Notes under the pieces: model-generated
Databases searched by the model: none
What the model saw: the letters and a program-made list of their open reading frames with translations, nothing else
Told to the model about the DNA's origin: nothing
Shown: positions 61,450 to 64,000 of the stretch, in pieces
How positions within the stretch are numbered: the first letter of the stretch is position 1
Layout: each line of letters begins with the position of its first letter
Source of the DNA: Eledone cirrhosa
Taxonomy: Eukaryota
Reading direction: 5' to 3'
Assembly (NCBI GenBank): GCA_964016885.1
Contig: CAXHJY010001588.1
Span: 1 to 64,000, forward strand
DNA: 64,000 bases
Translations under genes and position numbers: made by a program

Positions 61450-64000
61450 GCTATCCTAAGCTAAGCTATCCTAAGCTAAGCTATCCTAAGCTAAGCTATC
61501 CTAAGCTATCCTAAGCTAAGCTATCCTAAGCTATCCTAAGCTAACCTAAGCTAAGCTATCCTAAGCTAAGCTAAGCTAAGCTATCCTAAGCTAAGCTAAG
61601 CTAAGCTATCCTAAGCTAAGCTAAGCTAAACTATCCTAAGCTAAGCTAAGCTAAGCTATCCTAAGCTATCCTAAGCTAAGCTATCCTAAGCTAAGCTAAG
61701 CTAAGCTATCCTAAGCTAAGCTAAGCTAAGCTATCCTAAGCTAAGCTAAGCTAAGCTATCCTAAGCTAAGCTATCCTAAGCTATCCTAAGCTAAGCTAAG
61801 CTAAGCTAACCTAAGCTAAGCTATCCTAAGCTAAGCTATCCTAAGCTAAGCTATCCTAAGCTAAGCTAAGCTAAGCTTTCCTAAGCTAAGCTAAGCTGAG
61901 CTATCCTAAGCTAAGCTAAGCTATCCTAAGCTAAGCTAAGCTAAGCTATCCTAAGCTAAGCTAAGCTAAGCTATCCTAAGCTAAGCTAAGCTAAGCTATC
62001 CTAAGCTAAGCTAAGCTATCCTAAGCTAAGCTAAGCTAAGCTATCCTAAGCTAAGCTAAGCTAAGCTATCCTAAGCTATCCTAAGCTAAGCTATCCTAAG
62101 CTAAGCTATCCTAAGCTATCCTAAGCTAAGCTATCCTAAGCTAAGCTAAGCTAAGCTATCCTAAGCTAAGCTATCCTAAGCTAAGCTATCCTAAGCTATC
62201 CTAAGCTAAGCTATCCTAAGCTATCCTAAGCTAAGCTATCCTAAGCTATCCTAAGCTAAGCTATCCTAAGCTATCCTAAGCTAAGCTAAGCTATCCTAAG
62301 CTAAGCTAAGCTAAGCTAAGCTATCCTAAGCTAAGCTAAGCTAAGCTAAGCTATCCTAAGCTAAGCTAAGCTAAGCTATCCTAAGCTATCCTAAGCTAAG
62401 CTATCCTAAGCTAAGCTATCCTAAGCTATCCTAAGCTAAGCTATCCTAAGCTATCCTAAGCTAAGCTCTCCTAAGCTAAGCTATCCAAAGCTAAGCTATC
62501 CTAAGCTATCCTAAGCTAAGCTATCCTAAGCTATCCTAAGCTAAGCTAAGCTAAGCTATCCTAAGCTAAGCTAAGCTAAGCTATCCTAAGCTAAGCTAAG
62601 CTAAGCTTTCCTAAGCTATCCTAAGCTAAGCTATTCTAAGCTAAGCTATCCTAAGCTATCCTAAGCTAAGCTATCCTAAGCTATCCTAAGCTAAGCTATC
62701 CTAAGCTATCCTAAGCTAAGCTATCCTAACCTAAGCTATCCTAAGCTATCCTAAGCTAAGCTATCCTAAGCTATCCTAAGCTAAGCTATCCTAAGCTATC
62801 CTAAGCTAAGCTAAGCTAAGCTATCCTAAACTAAGCTAAGCTATCCTAAGCTAAGCTAAGCTAAGCTATCCTAAGCTAAGCTAAGCTAAGCTAAGCTAAG
62901 CTATCCTAAGCTAAGCTAAGCTAAGCTAAGCTATCCTAAGCTAAGCTAAGCTAAGCTAAGCTATCCTAAGCTAAGCTAAGCTAAGCTAAGCTAAGCTAAG
63001 CTATCCTAAGCTAAGCTAAGCTAAGCTATCCTAAGCCAAGCTAAGCTAAGCTATCCTAAGCCAAGCTAAGCTAAGCTATCCTAAGCTAAGCTAAGCTAAG
63101 CTATCCTAAGCTAAGCTAAGCTAAGCTATCCTAAGCTAAGCTAAGCTAAGCTATCCTAAGCTAAGCTAAGCTAAGCTATCCTAAGCTAAGCTAAGCTAAG
63201 CTATACTAAGCTAAGCTAAGCTAAGCTATCCTAAGCTAAGCTAAGCTAAGCTATCCTAAGCTAAGCTAAGCTAAGCTATCCTAAGCTAAGCTAAGCTATC
63301 CTAAGCTAAGCTATCCTAAGCTAAGCTAAGCTAAGCTATCCTAAGCTAAGCTAAGCTAAGCTATCCTAAGCTAAGCTAAGCTATCCTAAGCTAAGCTAAG
63401 CTAAGCTATCCTAAGCTAAGCTAAGCTATCCTAAGCTAAGCTAAGCTAAGCTATCCTAAGCTAAGCTAAGCTAAGCTATCCTAAGCTAAGCTAAGCTAAA
63501 CTATCCTAAGCTAAGCTAAGCTATCCTAAGCTAAGCTAAGCTAAGCTAAGCTAAGCTAAGCTAAGCTAAGCTTTCCTAAGCTATCCTAAGCTAAGCTATC
63601 CTAAGCTAAGCTAAGCTAAGCTATCCTAAGCTAAGCTAAGCTATCCTAAGCTAAGCTAAGCTAAGCTATCCTAAGCTAAGCTATCCTAAGCTATCCTAAG
63701 CTAAGCTATCCTAAGCTATCCTAAGCTAAGCTATCCTAAGCTAAGCTATTCTAAGCTAAGCTAAGCTAAGCTATCCTAAGCTAAGCTAAGCTATCCTAAG
63801 CTAAGCTAAGCTAAGCTATCCTAAGCTAAGCTAAGCTAAGCTATCCTAAGCTAAGCTAAGCTAAGCTATCCTAAGCTAAGCTAAGCTAAGCTATCCTAAG
63901 CTAAGTTAAGCTATCCTAAGCTAAGCTAAGCTAAGCTAAGCTATCCTAAGCTATCCTAAGCTATCCTAAGCTAACCTAAGCTAAGCTATCCTAAGCTAAG
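61450..64000 (+). repeat. Fifth full copy of the ~2.5-kb unit
   Basis: GAGCT 61898, ATCCA 62483, ATACT 63203 and (AAGCT)9-TTCCT ~63573 occur in the same order as in 16600-19070. Confidence 0.85.

Larger units (their letters stand above)
1..64000. repeat. Compound pentanucleotide satellite array (AAGCT)n-ATCCT, extending past both window edges
   Basis: Every line parses into AAGCT and ATCCT pentamers plus rare variants (AACCT, CTCCT, TTCCT, GTCCT, AAGGT, AAACT, AATCT, ATGCT, ATACT, ATCCA and others). It has a single orientation throughout and no unique sequence. GC is about 40% because both pentamers have 2 of 5 G/C. Confidence 0.99.

Noticed and set aside
1-64000. Protein-coding ORFs or repeat-encoded peptides
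   Set aside because: TAA occurs before nearly every AAGCT on the plus strand and TAG occurs in nearly every pentamer on the minus strand. A 5-bp period cycles these through all frames. ATG on the plus strand arises essentially only at the ATGCT variants and is closed by a stop within a few codons.
1-64000. CRISPR array or other repeat-spacer system
   Set aside because: There are no unique spacers. Everything between recurring motifs is the same two pentamers, and there are no cas or other genes.
1-64000. Active telomerase-synthesised telomere tract
   Set aside because: Point variants and A/B patterns are copied collinearly over many kb, which indicates DNA-level duplication rather than de novo addition from a short RNA template. 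There is no tandem TTAGG and no chromosome end in view.
1-64000. Synthetic or binary-coded DNA, or a pure sequencing artefact
   Set aside because: Nested duplications with shared and private substitutions fit natural satellite evolution. Random indel noise is absent, and I saw no adapters or index structure. Copy-number misassembly cannot be excluded without reads.
1-64000. G-quadruplex or i-motif array
   Set aside because: The minus strand has only isolated GG dinucleotides spaced 10-25 bp apart, and GGG appears only at a few rare variants.
1-64000. Dense restriction sites (AluI AGCT, DdeI CTNAG, BlpI GCTNAGC, HindIII AAGCTT at TTCCT variants) as a functional decoy array
   Set aside because: These are an automatic consequence of the monomer sequence, and no restriction-modification genes or prokaryotic context are present. 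They are useful only as experimental handles.
1-64000. Inversions, transposon insertions, promoters or terminators
   Set aside because: No switch to (AGCTT)n/AGGAT orientation and no non-satellite sequence was seen. Any short motif match would be a by-product of the repeat.

Overview
The whole 64-kb window is one uninterrupted simple-sequence satellite. It is built from two pentamers, A = AAGCT (majority) and B = ATCCT, arranged as (AAGCT)n-ATCCT with n usually 1-4. On the minus strand it reads TTAGC-TTAGC-TTAGG-ATAGC. I see no genes, RNA genes, mobile elements or CRISPR arrays, and stop codons recur every few codons in all six frames. Rare variant pentamers, read by eye, reveal a nested higher-order structure. 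There are tandem units of about 150 bp, 0.97 kb, 2.1 kb, 2.5 kb and 4.5 kb, and large direct duplications at offsets of about 15.7, 24.9 and 40.5 kb. A diagnostic CTCCT-AAGGT module occurs 21 times, and 17 copies are linked to the same 1-bp deletion. Both pentamers are one substitution from AACCT, the arthropod telomeric repeat (TTAGG)n read on the C-strand, and AACCT recurs in the array. This suggests a telomere-related satellite now evolving by unequal exchange (inference). The organism and chromosomal location cannot be determined from the sequence. Block boundaries are approximate (about +/-100 bp) and counts are manual.
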